From the NCBI GenBank assembly GCA_964588985.1, contig CAZPQW010000001.1:256001-320000 (forward strand): 64,000 nucleotides of DNA. The letters are read 5' to 3'. Position numbers and translations under genes: made by a program. Of the stretch, positions 45,664 to 55,797 are shown piece after piece; positions within the stretch are counted from its first letter, which is position 1; the number at the start of each line of letters is the position of its first letter. The notes under the pieces are model-generated. The model was not told where the DNA came from. It worked only from the letters and a program-made list of their open reading frames with translations, and made no database searches. This DNA comes from an uncultured Solirubrobacteraceae bacterium (GTDB lineage: Bacteria; Actinomycetota; Thermoleophilia; Solirubrobacterales; Solirubrobacteraceae).

Positions 45664-47313
45664 TCAGCCGGTGAACCTGGGGCTCACGGTACGCGCGGCG
45701 CAGCGCGCCAGCGTCTGGTGAATCGTTTTGGACGGCGTTTTGCTGGACGCCGTGAACACCACGTGGATCGACAGGTGGTGCTTGGAGCCCGCGCGCAGGC
45801 CGATGCGGAGCGCGAACGCTCCATGGGTCGACTTGAGCAGCGTCTTGACCTTGTGACCGTCGAGCGTGAACGTCACGGACGCGATCGAGCTGCCCCGAAC
45901 CGACGCGAGGTAGCCGGTCTGGGCGACGCAGCCGCGAACACCGGCTGCGTGTGCCGAGCCTTTCGGCGCGACTACTTCTTTCGTGCCGAGGACGGCACCG
46001 GCCGGCGGGGGCGTGGTAGTCACCACGACCGGCGCCGTGACCCATGTCTCCTGGGCCGTGGCGTGCTGTACCGATTCTCCCAGCGTGACGCTGGCGTTGA
46101 TCGTGTCGGTGCCCACGCCGTTGGTGTCGGGGTAGGTGAACACGACCTTGCCGGCGCCGTCGGTCTTGCATTCGGGGTCGGCTTCGCCGCTCGGATACGT
46201 GCAAGTTCCGCTCACGCCGGCGTTCTGGCCGGTGACGGCGAAGCTCACCACGGTGCCGCCGACGGGTTCAAGCGAACCGGCCATCGGCCGGACGCCGGCC
46301 GCGCGGGCCGAGGGGATCTCGAGTGTTTCCTGCACCACCGTCGCCGTCACCGCGTGGGTGCCGCCTGCGACGTCGCTGTGCGTGACGGGTTCGAGGCTGA
46401 GGTTCGGCGAGCTGACGATCACGCCGGTTCCGGCCACGAGCACGTAGGCCTGACCACAGGCCGTTTCTTTGGTGCTCGGGTCTGTGCCGCACGTCGGTCT
46501 CGTTTCCGTGTCCGTCGCCACGGCCAACGCGTTCCAGTCGGTCGGGAAGGCGGGGAACGTGACGTGGTCCGAGCACTCCCAGCCCTGGATGTCGGCGTCG
46601 GTCAGAGCCGTCGGCCCAGTTTCGAACGCGGGGTTGGAAGCGATCTGCTGCACGCTTCCGCCGCACGGCGGATCGCTGTTCTCGGTCCAGTGCCCTGGGC
46701 CCGTCGTGGTCAGCTGATCCAGCACGGAGACATCGAGGCCCGAGTCGTCGCAGCTGGTGTCGTAGTAGACGCCGGTCGCGCCGGGGATGGCGCCCGCGAA
46801 GGCGATGCCGTCCTGCACCAGATGCTCCGCTCCGGCTGTGGCCGGTTCGGCCGGGTTCGTCGGCGAGGCTCCGCCTCCGCCGTACTGGTAGTGGTCCTCA
46901 GGGTCGGTGCCGACGAGCGCGCGGTTGCCCGAGCTGCCCATGACGACCGGCGCCCACGTTCCCGCGCTGTTGTTGGCCGACACAGCGGTGTCGCCGCAGT
47001 TCGGGTCGCCCACGATCAGCACCTGGTATTTCGCGAATTCGGCAGCCGTCATTGCTTCCCAGGCCGATCCCGAGACGACGGTCACCGAGAACCCCGCGTT
47101 TTCGGCGGCGAACTGCTCGAGGCTGATCGGCGTTTCGCCCTTCGTGATCCCGTCGCTGGTCGTGACGGATTCTTCGTTGATCAACGCCGTGTTGGCGGTG
47201 CTGGTGGCACTCGCGATTCCCGGCGCCGTGGCGGCCGCCAAGGGCACGCTCAGTGCCGCAAGCGCGGCTGCCGATACGGCAGCGCGCCGTAGAAGTTGCA
47301 TCGTCGACTTCAT
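45664..47313 (-). CDS. secreted protein with Big-1/Ig-like domain and basic C-terminal domain
   Basis: Signal peptide; acidic Cys-containing body; HAVTATV...KTDGAGKVVFTY...GTDTINASV; ends PRFTG. Confidence 0.75.
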   Translation of the reverse strand: MKSTMQLLRRAAVSAAALAALSVPLAAATAPGIASATSTANTALINEESVTTSDGITKGETPISLEQFAAENAGFSVTVVSGSAWEAMTAAEFAKYQVLIVGDPNCGDTAVSANNSAGTWAPVVMGSSGNRALVGTDPEDHYQYGGGGASPTNPAEPATAGAEHLVQDGIAFAGAIPGATGVYYDTSCDDSGLDVSVLDQLTTTGPGHWTENSDPPCGGSVQQIASNPAFETGPTALTDADIQGWECSDHVTFPAFPTDWNALAVATDTETRPTCGTDPSTKETACGQAYVLVAGTGVIVSSPNLSLEPVTHSDVAGGTHAVTATVVQETLEIPSARAAGVRPMAGSLEPVGGTVVSFAVTGQNAGVSGTCTYPSGEADPECKTDGAGKVVFTYPDTNGVGTDTINASVTLGESVQHATAQETWVTAPVVVTTTPPPAGAVLGTKEVVAPKGSAHAAGVRGCVAQTGYLASVRGSSIASVTFTLDGHKVKTLLKSTHGAFALRIGLRAGSKHHLSIHVVFTASSKTPSKTIHQTLARCAARTVSPRFTG

Positions 47314-47521
47314 GTCTAACCCCCCAGAGGTGACAGTTGGTCGTCGCCCATCCATGGCGACAGATTTGTGATTGTTACGCGGCTTGGATTTCGCGCGTCC
47401 CAGGCAAAGACATCAGTGTCTCCCGTAGCCCGGAGCACGGCAACCGCACTTCAGTCGCTGGAAGGTAGCGAAACGAAGGCGTTTTTACTAGGGCTGGAGC
47501 CGCCGTGCCAGATTCGGGGGT

Positions 47522-48346
47522 TCAGCCCCCGCCGCGGCCCATCCCACGACGCATCCGATGTACGCGCCGCATCTCCTGTACAGCCTCGTCGTGTCCACCC
47601 AGAGCGCTCGAGGGACCGTCGCCAAGGAGTTCGACGTCGAGGCGCTTGCGCACGAGCTCGCCCGCGATCGCGTCAACCCTCTGCGCGCCCGCTCCGGGAC
47701 GGGAGCTGACGGCGCGCTCGAGACGATGTCCACGGAACAGCAGCCCCACACCGTCGTCGAGGGCCCAGCCTCCGGGCAGCGTGCCGTCGCGCACGCCCGC
47801 CAGCCACACGGGCAGGCGCTCCGGCTCGCCGTCGGCGTGGACCGTGAGCGAGCCGTCCAGCAGCCCCAGCCCGTCGATCGCTTCCGGGGGGCCGCTGGAG
47901 CGCGTGACCCCGGCCTGGAACCAGCACATCGCTCCGGCGCTCAGGCCCGCGAGGACGGTGCCCGCGCGCCAGGCCTCGAGCAGCAGCTGGTCGAGGCCGT
48001 GCGCCTGCCAGATGGCGAGCAGGTTGCGCATCGAGCCGCCGCCCACGTACAGGATGTCCTGCTCGAGGACCGTCTCCTGCAGCGAGCGAGTGGTCTCGCG
48101 CAGGCGAAACAGCGACAGGTGTTCGGGCACGCAGCTGCGGTCGGTGAAGCGGGCTTTGAAGGCGTTGATCTGCGCGGTGGTGTCGCCGGAGGCCGTCGGA
48201 AGGAACAGGATCCGCGGCACGGTCGGCCTCGCCAGCGACAGCACGTAGTCGTCCAGCAGCGGGTTGTTCGGCTCCATCGTGAAGCCACCGCCGCCCATCG
48301 CGAAGATCACCCGCGAGTCGATCGGCACGGCGGGCAGCTCACTCAC
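47522..48346 (-). CDS. peptidase S51 (dipeptidase E family), paralog 2
   Basis: FLPTASGD, YVGGG, nucleophile GLSAG, TVHAD; GTGA overlap with paralog 1. Confidence 0.88.
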   Translation of the reverse strand: MSELPAVPIDSRVIFAMGGGGFTMEPNNPLLDDYVLSLARPTVPRILFLPTASGDTTAQINAFKARFTDRSCVPEHLSLFRLRETTRSLQETVLEQDILYVGGGSMRNLLAIWQAHGLDQLLLEAWRAGTVLAGLSAGAMCWFQAGVTRSSGPPEAIDGLGLLDGSLTVHADGEPERLPVWLAGVRDGTLPGGWALDDGVGLLFRGHRLERAVSSRPGAGAQRVDAIAGELVRKRLDVELLGDGPSSALGGHDEAVQEMRRVHRMRRGMGRGGG

Positions 48347-49167
48347 GCGGCGACCCGCTGACGTGGGGAGCGAGCCGAGCCGGATGCGGACATGGAGCGC
48401 CCGCGGCTGGGCCCCGGTTCCGCCGCGGGCGCGTCCACGCGCGGTGCGGGCGCGCCGAGGTAGGAGACCTCGAGCGGCGTCTCGCGCACGCCGTTGCCGC
48501 TCGCTTCCACGTGGTAGGCGCTGCCGTCGGGGCGTGAGCTGACCGCGCGCTCGAGCAGTGTGCCGTGGAAGTGCAGCGCCACGCCGTCCTCCACCGCAAA
48601 CCCGGGGCGCATGCCGTCGGCGACCGCGCGGTGATACTCCGCTCGGCGTGCCGGCTCGGCGTCGTAGTGGACGCAGTTCGAGTAGGGCAGGAGCCCGAGG
48701 CCGCGCACCGGTCGAGGGTCGCCGTGGAAGGCGCTCAGCGCCTGCTCGAACCAGCACAGCGATCCCGCGGATGGCCCGCACAGCACGATCCCGCGCCGCC
48801 ACGCCTTGCGCAGGATCGCGTCGAGGCCGTGCGCTCGCCAGGCGCCGAGCATGCTCAGCACGTTGCCTCCGCCTACGTAGATCAGATCCTGCGAGAGCAG
48901 GTGGCTGGCTAGGTCGTCCTCGACGCCCCCGGTGCCCTGGTCGCGGCGAAACAGCGACACGTGACTCGCCTCGCATCCGGGAGAGAACCGACGGTAGAAG
49001 CGCACCACGTAGTGGTCCGCGTCGCCCGATGCTGTCGGCAGGAAGCAGACCCTCGGGCGCGGGTTGCGCAGCAGCGAGAGCACGTAGTCGTCCAGCAGTG
49101 AGCCGTCTTTCTCCATCGAGAAGCCGCCACCACCGAGCGCGACGATCTGGGGAGACGTGGATGGCAT
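48343..49167 (-). CDS. peptidase S51 (dipeptidase E family), paralog 1
   Basis: FLPTASGD, YVGGGN, GPSAG, CVHYD. Confidence 0.9.
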   Translation of the reverse strand: MPSTSPQIVALGGGGFSMEKDGSLLDDYVLSLLRNPRPRVCFLPTASGDADHYVVRFYRRFSPGCEASHVSLFRRDQGTGGVEDDLASHLLSQDLIYVGGGNVLSMLGAWRAHGLDAILRKAWRRGIVLCGPSAGSLCWFEQALSAFHGDPRPVRGLGLLPYSNCVHYDAEPARRAEYHRAVADGMRPGFAVEDGVALHFHGTLLERAVSSRPDGSAYHVEASGNGVRETPLEVSYLGAPAPRVDAPAAEPGPSRGRSMSASGSARSPRQRVAA

Positions 49168-49356
49168 CTACTCACTCCGCTCGGGCCGGGAACATGGGCG
49201 TGCAGCTACGGCAGGTTGCCCGAACTGAGCGCTCCCAGCTATGGACCGGCGTCCCAATACCGCAGGCGCGCTGATCGACATTCGCCCAGGTGGGATCGTT
49301 GCTGATCCTTTCGTGCAACCCGGGCGACGGCGTCGAGGCTCGTAGAGTGTCGGGCG

Positions 49357-50289
49357 ATGGCCGCCCCGGGGAACGACCCAACGACACGATCCGCGAGCAC
49401 GTCGGCGATCTCGCTGCACGGCGTGCGCAAGCGCTTCGGAGAGATCGTGGCGGTCGACGGTCTCGACCTCGACGTGCCCCCGGGCGTGTGCTTCGGCCTG
49501 CTCGGGCCCAACGGAGCGGGGAAGTCCACCACGATGCGGATGCTGACCGCGCAGACGCTCGCGGACGAAGGCGCGATCTCGGTGTTGGGTTACGAGCTGC
49601 CGCGCGAGTCCAAGCAGTCGCGCCTGGAGATGGGCGTCGTACCGCAGCTCGACAACCTCGACGTGGAGCTCACATGCAGGCAGATCCTCACGGTGTTCGC
49701 GCGCCTCTATCGCGTCCCCCGCGCGGAGCGCGACGCGGCGGTCACGCGGGCGCTGGAGATCGCCAACCTCGTCCCGCGCGCGGAGACGATCGTGCGCGAG
49801 CTCTCCGGCGGGATGCGCCGCCGGCTGCTCGTCGCGCGCGGGCTGATCCACCGCCCGCGGCTGGTGCTGCTGGACGAGCCCACCGTGGGCCTCGACCCCC
49901 AGATCCGCCAGGAGCTTTGGACGCTGATCGACGGTCTGCGCGCCGAGGGAGTGACAGTGCTGATGAGCACCCACTACATCGAGGAGGCCGAGCGCCTCGC
50001 GGACACCGTCGCGGTGATGTCCGCCGGGCGGATCATCGCGCAGGGCACGCCCGCGGAGCTCGTGAGCGCGCACGCCGGCGAGCAGGTGCTGGAAGTGTAT
50101 GGGCCGCCCGACCGTCTGGCGGAGGTGAGCGAGCTGGCGAGCGCCAACGACTGGTCGAGCAGGCGCAGCGGACCCGCGGTCGCGATCATGCGCGCCGAGA
50201 CGCTGGACGGACAGGCGCCCGAGGGTGTGCGCAGGCCCGCGAACCTAGAGGACGCGTTCGTGGCTCTGACGGGAGAGGAGATCGAGTGA
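49357..50289 (+). CDS. ABC-2 exporter ATPase (NodI-like)
   Basis: GPNGAGKST, VVPQLDNLD, LSGGMRRR, LDEPT. Confidence 0.92.
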   Translation: MAAPGNDPTTRSASTSAISLHGVRKRFGEIVAVDGLDLDVPPGVCFGLLGPNGAGKSTTMRMLTAQTLADEGAISVLGYELPRESKQSRLEMGVVPQLDNLDVELTCRQILTVFARLYRVPRAERDAAVTRALEIANLVPRAETIVRELSGGMRRRLLVARGLIHRPRLVLLDEPTVGLDPQIRQELWTLIDGLRAEGVTVLMSTHYIEEAERLADTVAVMSAGRIIAQGTPAELVSAHAGEQVLEVYGPPDRLAEVSELASANDWSSRRSGPAVAIMRAETLDGQAPEGVRRPANLEDAFVALTGEEIE

Positions 50290-51104
50290 GCGCGGAGGTA
50301 CAGACGGGGCAGACGGTCGCGGACGGTGCGCGTCGCGTGGGTCGCCTGGAACCAGCCGCCCTCGCCGGTGTGATGAGCCGCGACGTGGCGATCTTCGGCC
50401 GCTACTGGAAGGCGACGACGTTCTCCTCCGTCGTGCAGCCCACGATCTACCTGCTCGCGTTCGGGCTCGGTTTCGGGACGCTCGTGAAAACCATCGGGCA
50501 CGTCAAGACCGTGCAGTACGTCGCGACTGGGACAGTCGCCACGGCTGTGCTGTTCTCCTCGGCCTTCCCCGGCATGTTCAACACGTTCATCCGCTGGCAG
50601 TTCCAGCGCACCTACGACGCGATGCTCGCGGCGCCGGTCGACGTGGAGGAGCTGATCACAGCGGAGGTGCTGTGGATCTCTCTGCGCGCGGGCGTGTATG
50701 GGATGGCGCCGCTGCTGGTCGGATTCGCCTTCGGGCTCCCGCCCGAGCCGGGGATGCTGCTGGTGCCGCTGGTCGGCTTCGTCACCGGCTTCGGCTTCGC
50801 GGCGTTCGGCGTGACGGTCGCCGCGATCGCGAAGACGATCGACAACTTCAACTACATCACCAGCGCGGTGCTCACGCCGATGTTCCTCGTCGCCGGCACC
50901 TTCTTCCCGGTCTCCACGCTGCCGGACGGCGTGCGCCAGGTCGCGCAGGTGAACCCGCTCTACCACTGCGTCCAGCTCGTGCGCGACGCGTCGCTCGGCG
51001 GCCTGCACTCGGCCGACCTCGGTCACGCCGCGGTGCTCGTGGCGTTCGCGCTGATCATGTGGCGTCTGGCGATCTCCCAATTGGGCAAACGCCTCATCGA
51101 CTGA
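50286..51104 (+). CDS. ABC-2 exporter permease (NodJ-like)
   Basis: QPTIYLLAFGLGFG, QRTYDAML, PMFLVAGTFFP, NPLYHCV. Confidence 0.9.
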   Translation: MSAEVQTGQTVADGARRVGRLEPAALAGVMSRDVAIFGRYWKATTFSSVVQPTIYLLAFGLGFGTLVKTIGHVKTVQYVATGTVATAVLFSSAFPGMFNTFIRWQFQRTYDAMLAAPVDVEELITAEVLWISLRAGVYGMAPLLVGFAFGLPPEPGMLLVPLVGFVTGFGFAAFGVTVAAIAKTIDNFNYITSAVLTPMFLVAGTFFPVSTLPDGVRQVAQVNPLYHCVQLVRDASLGGLHSADLGHAAVLVAFALIMWRLAISQLGKRLID

Positions 51105-51119
51105 CGGCCCACACGGTCG

Positions 51120-51145
51120 CTTAGGCGATCTTCAGCTTTCTCACA
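51120..51145 (+). promoter_or_regulatory. possible OmpR/MprA-type direct-repeat box
   Basis: CTTAG-N6-TTCAG-N4-CTCAC upstream of the glycosyltransferase-RR-HK operon; degenerate. Confidence 0.3.
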
Positions 51146-51180
51146 CGCTGCTCCTACAACCGCCGGCGATGCTCTCTCGC

Positions 51181-53472
51181 ATGAGCTACTCACCGCAACC
51201 CAACTCGGGCGCATCCGCCGCGGCCGCGGTGGCCCCCGCCGCCGCCACAGCCGACTCCGCGCAACTTCGATCACGAGCGCAGGCGCTCGTGCGGCGCGCT
51301 CCGCGTCCGGAGCTGCTGGGAGTGATGGCGCTCGCGGCGGTGCTGAACCTGTGGGCGCTCAGCCGCAACGGCTGGGCGAACGCCTACTACAGCGCGACTG
51401 TGCACTCGATGAGCTCCAGCTGGCACGACTTCCTGTTCGCGTCGCTGGACAAGGGCGGCGTGATGACGGTCGACAAGCCGCCGCTCGCGCTGTGGGTCCA
51501 GGCGCTGTCGGTGCGCATCTTCGGCTTCCACTCGCTCAGCATGCTCGTGCCGCAGGCGCTGATGGGCGTAGCGAGCGTCGCGCTCGTGTACGACCTCGTG
51601 CGGCGCCGCTTCGGCCGCGTGGGCGGGTTCGTCGCGGGTCTCGCGCTCGCGCTCACGCCGATCGCGGTGGCGGTCTCCCGCCACAACAACCCCGACGCGC
51701 TGCTCGTGCTGTGCTGCGTGGCCGCGCTTTGGTGCTCCGTCCGGGCGCTGGAAGGCGGCCGGACGCGCTGGCTCGTAGCCGCCGGCGTGTGCGTGGGCCT
51801 GGGCTTCGAGACGAAGATGGCCGTCGCCTTCGCGGTCGTCCCAGGCATCGTGGCGGCGTGGCTGTGGATCGCGCCGGCGGGACGCGGACGGCTGCACGCG
51901 CTGCGCCAGCTGCTCGCGGGCGGCGGCGCGATGGTGCTCGTCGGCGGCGCGTGGCCGGCGCTCGTCGAATTGACCCCGGCGTCTCAGCGCCCGTGGATCT
52001 CCGGCACGAGCGACAACCGCGTGCTGTCGCTGATCTTCGAATACAACGGCGTCGGCCGCGTCGACGGTCAGGCAGGCGGTCCGGGAGGGGGCGGCGGCAG
52101 CATGTTCGGCGGCACGCCCGGCCCGCTGCGGCTGCTCAACTCGGCCCTCGGCGGGCAGGCGAGCTGGCTGCTCGGCTTCGCGCTCGTGGGCGGCCTCGGG
52201 ATCCTCCTCTCCACGCGCCTGCGTCGCTCGGATTCGCGTACCGGCTGGTTGCTGTTGGTGGGCGGAGCGTTCCTCACGACCGCGGTGCTGTTCAGCGAGG
52301 CGAGCGGGATCTTTCATCCTTATTACGTTTCTCTGCTCGCGCCGTTCGTGGCAGCGCTCGTGGGCGCATCCGCCGCGCAGCTGATCGACGGCAGGCTCCC
52401 GGTGCGGATCGTCGGGCCGCTCGCGATCCTCGCGGGCGTGGTCGTGGAGCTGGTCGTTCGCGGCGACTACCCAGAACAGCTCCGGTGGCTACCCGCGGTG
52501 CTGATCGTGGTCGGCGTGCTCGCCGCGATCACGCTGGTCGCCTTCGGGACACGCGAGATACGGATGGCGGCCGTGGGCGGGGCGCTCGTCGCGCTGCTGA
52601 TCGCTCCGTCGGTGTGGGCGTTCGACACGCTCGGTCACGCCACCAGCGGCACGTTTCCCGCAGGTGGGCCGGCGTCGGTGGCCGACGGCGGTGGTCCAGG
52701 CGGCGGCTTTGGTGGATTCGGCGCCCGCGGCGGAGCGCGCAATGGCGCGGGCAGCGTCGGTGCAATGCCGCAGCTGTTCGGGCCCGGCGGATCGTCCTCG
52801 ACCTCGTCGGGGTCTGCGTCCGGCGGCGCTCAGGCCGGCGGTCCGCCCGAAGGCGGCGCCCCTCCCGCCGGCGCGTCCGGCGCGACGCCCACCGGCGCCC
52901 CTCCCGCCGGCGCGTCCGGCGCGACGCCCACCGGCGCCCCTCCCGGGCTCCCTGGTGCGGGCGGCTCGTTCGGTGGTGCGCCGGGCGCCGGTGGATTCGG
53001 CGCCGGCGGGCCCGGCGGCGGCTTCGGCGGCGGTTCGATCAAGCAGGCCCTCGCGTATGTGAAGGCGCACGGCGGCGGTACGATCGCGGTGTCGAGCCAG
53101 TCCAGCGCGGCGTCGGCGATCCTCGAAGGCGCCACCAACGTCGCGGGCATCGGCGGTTTCTCCGGCCGTGAGAGCGACGTGAGCGTCGCGTGGATGGCAC
53201 AGGAGGTCAGCGCGGGCAAGATCCGCTGGGTGGTCGGCGAACAGAGCGCAGCCGGCGGCGGCTTCGGCGGACGCCTGCCAGGCGACACGCGCACGGGCTC
53301 GAAAACGGCGATGGCGGCCGTCGAGTCGGCGTGCACGAAGGTGACGCTCCCGGCGAGCACCACCGCGGCGAGCGAAGCGATCGCCGGCGGTGCGACTAGC
53401 GCAGCGACGGGCTCGGCGGCGAGCACCCTCTACGACTGCCAGGGCCGTGCGAGCGCGCTCGCGCACGCCTAG
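51181..53472 (+). CDS. GT-C (ArnT/PMT_2) membrane glycosyltransferase, YkcB/YycA-like
   Basis: NAYYSA, TVDKPP, RHNNPD, GFETKM, YNG, FHPYY, IGGFSG; many TM segments. Confidence 0.88.
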   Translation: MSYSPQPNSGASAAAAVAPAAATADSAQLRSRAQALVRRAPRPELLGVMALAAVLNLWALSRNGWANAYYSATVHSMSSSWHDFLFASLDKGGVMTVDKPPLALWVQALSVRIFGFHSLSMLVPQALMGVASVALVYDLVRRRFGRVGGFVAGLALALTPIAVAVSRHNNPDALLVLCCVAALWCSVRALEGGRTRWLVAAGVCVGLGFETKMAVAFAVVPGIVAAWLWIAPAGRGRLHALRQLLAGGGAMVLVGGAWPALVELTPASQRPWISGTSDNRVLSLIFEYNGVGRVDGQAGGPGGGGGSMFGGTPGPLRLLNSALGGQASWLLGFALVGGLGILLSTRLRRSDSRTGWLLLVGGAFLTTAVLFSEASGIFHPYYVSLLAPFVAALVGASAAQLIDGRLPVRIVGPLAILAGVVVELVVRGDYPEQLRWLPAVLIVVGVLAAITLVAFGTREIRMAAVGGALVALLIAPSVWAFDTLGHATSGTFPAGGPASVADGGGPGGGFGGFGARGGARNGAGSVGAMPQLFGPGGSSSTSSGSASGGAQAGGPPEGGAPPAGASGATPTGAPPAGASGATPTGAPPGLPGAGGSFGGAPGAGGFGAGGPGGGFGGGSIKQALAYVKAHGGGTIAVSSQSSAASAILEGATNVAGIGGFSGRESDVSVAWMAQEVSAGKIRWVVGEQSAAGGGFGGRLPGDTRTGSKTAMAAVESACTKVTLPASTTAASEAIAGGATSAATGSAASTLYDCQGRASALAHA
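52855..52945 (+). repeat. 39-bp in-frame tandem repeat (2.3 copies)
   Basis: GGCGCCCCTCCCGCCGGCGCGTCCGGCGCGACGCCCACC x2 plus partial copy, encoding GAPPAGASGATPT. Confidence 0.85.
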
Positions 53473-53487
53473 CGGGACAATCAGCCC

Positions 53488-54162
53488 GTGAGGATTCTGG
53501 TTGTGGACGACGACCGCGCGGTGCGCGAAGCGCTGCGGCGCACCCTCACACTCGCCGGCTACGACGTGGATCTCGCCGAGGACGGCGAGCAGGCGCTCGA
53601 GCGAGCGGTGCAATCCGTCCCCGATGCCGTGGTGCTCGACGTGGGTCTGCCGGGCATCGACGGGCTGGAGGTGTGCGCGCGGCTGCGGCGGCTGGGCAAC
53701 CGCGTGCCGATCCTGATGCTGACCGCGCGCGATGCGGTCGCCGACCGAATCGACGGCCTGGATGCGGGAGCCGACGACTACATGGTCAAGCCGTTCGACG
53801 TGGGCGAGCTGAAGGCACGCCTGCGCGCGCTGCTGCGCCGCGCGAATCCCGAGGCGGACACGGACGCGCTTGCGTTCGCCGAGCTGCGCCTCGACCCCGA
53901 TCGTCACGGCGCGCAGGTGGGCGAGAGCTTCGTGGAGCTCACGCGCACCGAGTACCAGCTGCTCGAGCTGCTGATGCTCAACCCGCGCCGCGTGCTCTCG
54001 CACAGCCTGATCTACGACCGCGTGTGGGGCTATGACTTCGGCCCGGCGTCCAATGCGCTGCGTGTGTACGTGGGCTATCTGCGGCGCAAGCTCGAGGATG
54101 CGGGCGCGCGCGAGCTGATTCACACGGTGCGCGGCGTGGGCTACGCGCTGCGTGAGCCGTGA
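53488..54162 (+). CDS. OmpR-family response regulator (MprA-like)
   Basis: ILVVDDD, VLDVGLP, GADDYMVKPF, VYVGYLRRKL, HTVRGVGY. Confidence 0.93.
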   Translation: MRILVVDDDRAVREALRRTLTLAGYDVDLAEDGEQALERAVQSVPDAVVLDVGLPGIDGLEVCARLRRLGNRVPILMLTARDAVADRIDGLDAGADDYMVKPFDVGELKARLRALLRRANPEADTDALAFAELRLDPDRHGAQVGESFVELTRTEYQLLELLMLNPRRVLSHSLIYDRVWGYDFGPASNALRVYVGYLRRKLEDAGARELIHTVRGVGYALREP

Positions 54163-55657
54163 GCAAACGACCCAGGACCATCTGCCGGCGATGACGCTGC
54201 GCACGCGGATCGCGGCGGTGGCGAGCGTGTCGGTGGCAGTCGCGGTGCTGGCCGCTGCGATCGGCCTGTACGTCGCGGTGCGCTCGGATCTGCGCGGCGA
54301 AATCGACAGCGCGCTGCGCGCCCGCGCGCGGGCGTTTGCGCAACCCCTCGCCGCTGGGCCGTATGGGGGCGGACCGGGAGCTGGACTCGGCGCCCTCCAG
54401 CCCGGCGGACCGCAGCCAGACGGCAGCCGGCCGGACGCGGACCGCTCCGCCGCGGGAGGCGCGCGGACGGGCGGCTTTCCCGGCAACGTGCAGCCGGCGC
54501 CGTTCGGAGCGGCGTCGGGCTACGTGCAGTTCGTCTCGCCGCAGGGACGGGTGTTCGTGCCGGGCGGCCAGGGAACTTCGCCGACGCGGATCGTGCTCAC
54601 ATCCTCGGACCGTTCGTTCGCGCGCTCGGGCAGCGGCAGCAGCCTGACGGACAGATCGGTCAAGGGGACGCACCTGCGCGTCCTCACCGTCGGCACCGGC
54701 GCGGGCGGCGCGGTGATGATCGTGCGTCCGCTCACGGAGGTGGAACACGAGCTGGGCAGACTGCTGCTGATCCTCACGCTGATCGGCGCGGGCGGGATCG
54801 TGCTGGCCGCGTTGCTGGGGACGCTCGTCGCCCGCACGGCGCTCGCCCCGATCGCGCGGTTCACCCGCAGCACTGAGACCCTGACGGGCGACCTCGACCT
54901 GTCCAGACGCCTGGAGGTGCGCGGCCGCGACGAGCTGGGGCGCCTGGCGGAGAGCTTCAACGGCACGCTCGACGCGCTCGAGCGCTCGGTCGGCGCTCAG
55001 CGCCAGCTGATCGCGGACGCCAGCCACGAGTTGCGCACGCCGATGTCCTCGCTGCGGGCGAACATCCAGATCCTCGGCGAAGCGGAGAGGATGGGGGCGC
55101 AGGAGCAGGAGAGCCTGCGCTCCGACATCGTGGCCGAGCTCGACGAGCTGACCGCTCTGGTGGGCGACGTGGTCGAGCTGGCCAGAGGCGCGGCGCCCGA
55201 GATCGAGGCAGAAGACGTACGTCTGGACGAGCTCGTCGGGGGCTCAATAGAGGCCGCCCGCCGTCGACGCGGAGATCTCCACTTCGAGGTTCAGCTGGAG
55301 CCCACGCTCGTTCGCGGTCAAGCCGACCGCATCGCAAGGGCGGTCTCCAACCTGATGGACAACGCCCGCAAGTGGAGTCCCGCCGGCGGGACCATCGAGG
55401 TCGAGCTGGCCGACGGCGTGCTGAGCGTGCGCGATCACGGGCCCGGCTTCGCGGAGTCCGACCTGCCCCTGGTGTTCGATCGCTTCTACCGCGCGCGGGA
55501 CGCACGCGGCCTGCCCGGCTCGGGTCTGGGACTCGCGATCGTCCGCCAGGCCGCGGAGGGGTGCGGCGGCTTCGCGGAGGCGTCCAACGCGCCCGGAGGC
55601 GGGGCGCTGCTGCGCGTGGGATTCGGGCCGCGGTTGCAGCTCGACATTGCCGGTTGA
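54152..55657 (+). CDS. HAMP sensor histidine kinase (MprB-like)
   Basis: Two TM segments, DELGRLAESFN, ASHELRTP, NLMDNARK, DHGPG, GSGLGL; start may be 54191. Confidence 0.93.
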   Translation: MSREQTTQDHLPAMTLRTRIAAVASVSVAVAVLAAAIGLYVAVRSDLRGEIDSALRARARAFAQPLAAGPYGGGPGAGLGALQPGGPQPDGSRPDADRSAAGGARTGGFPGNVQPAPFGAASGYVQFVSPQGRVFVPGGQGTSPTRIVLTSSDRSFARSGSGSSLTDRSVKGTHLRVLTVGTGAGGAVMIVRPLTEVEHELGRLLLILTLIGAGGIVLAALLGTLVARTALAPIARFTRSTETLTGDLDLSRRLEVRGRDELGRLAESFNGTLDALERSVGAQRQLIADASHELRTPMSSLRANIQILGEAERMGAQEQESLRSDIVAELDELTALVGDVVELARGAAPEIEAEDVRLDELVGGSIEAARRRRGDLHFEVQLEPTLVRGQADRIARAVSNLMDNARKWSPAGGTIEVELADGVLSVRDHGPGFAESDLPLVFDRFYRARDARGLPGSGLGLAIVRQAAEGCGGFAEASNAPGGGALLRVGFGPRLQLDIAG

Positions 55658-55742
55658 TGGCGGCGCGCCGGCGCGCGAAACGCGCTAAGTTCGATCAACT
55701 CGCATTTCAGCCGGGAGGCGTATGCTGAAGCGGAGGGATATA

Positions 55743-55797
55743 GGGGCTTGACTGCAGGAAATACGCAGCGTTCGTCTAATACGACGAGCGAAGCCCC
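55743..55797 (+). ncRNA. candidate structured leader RNA (three-way junction)
   Basis: GGGGCTT/AAGCCCC enclosing CTGC/GCAG and CGTTCGTC/GACGAGCG hairpins, downstream of a TATGCT -10 at 55721. Confidence 0.45.

Noticed and set aside
47314-47355. TTA codon in the upstream extension of the secreted-protein ORF as bldA-type control
   Set aside because: It lies upstream of the likely start at 47313, in the RBS spacer region, so it is probably untranslated.
52855-52945. Repeat as a CRISPR-like array
   Set aside because: Head-to-tail copies without spacers, in frame inside a CDS; no cas genes in the window.
55777-55785. TAATACGAC, the start of the T7 promoter
   Set aside because: Only 9 nt match and there is no vector or phage context; it is better explained as a hairpin loop.
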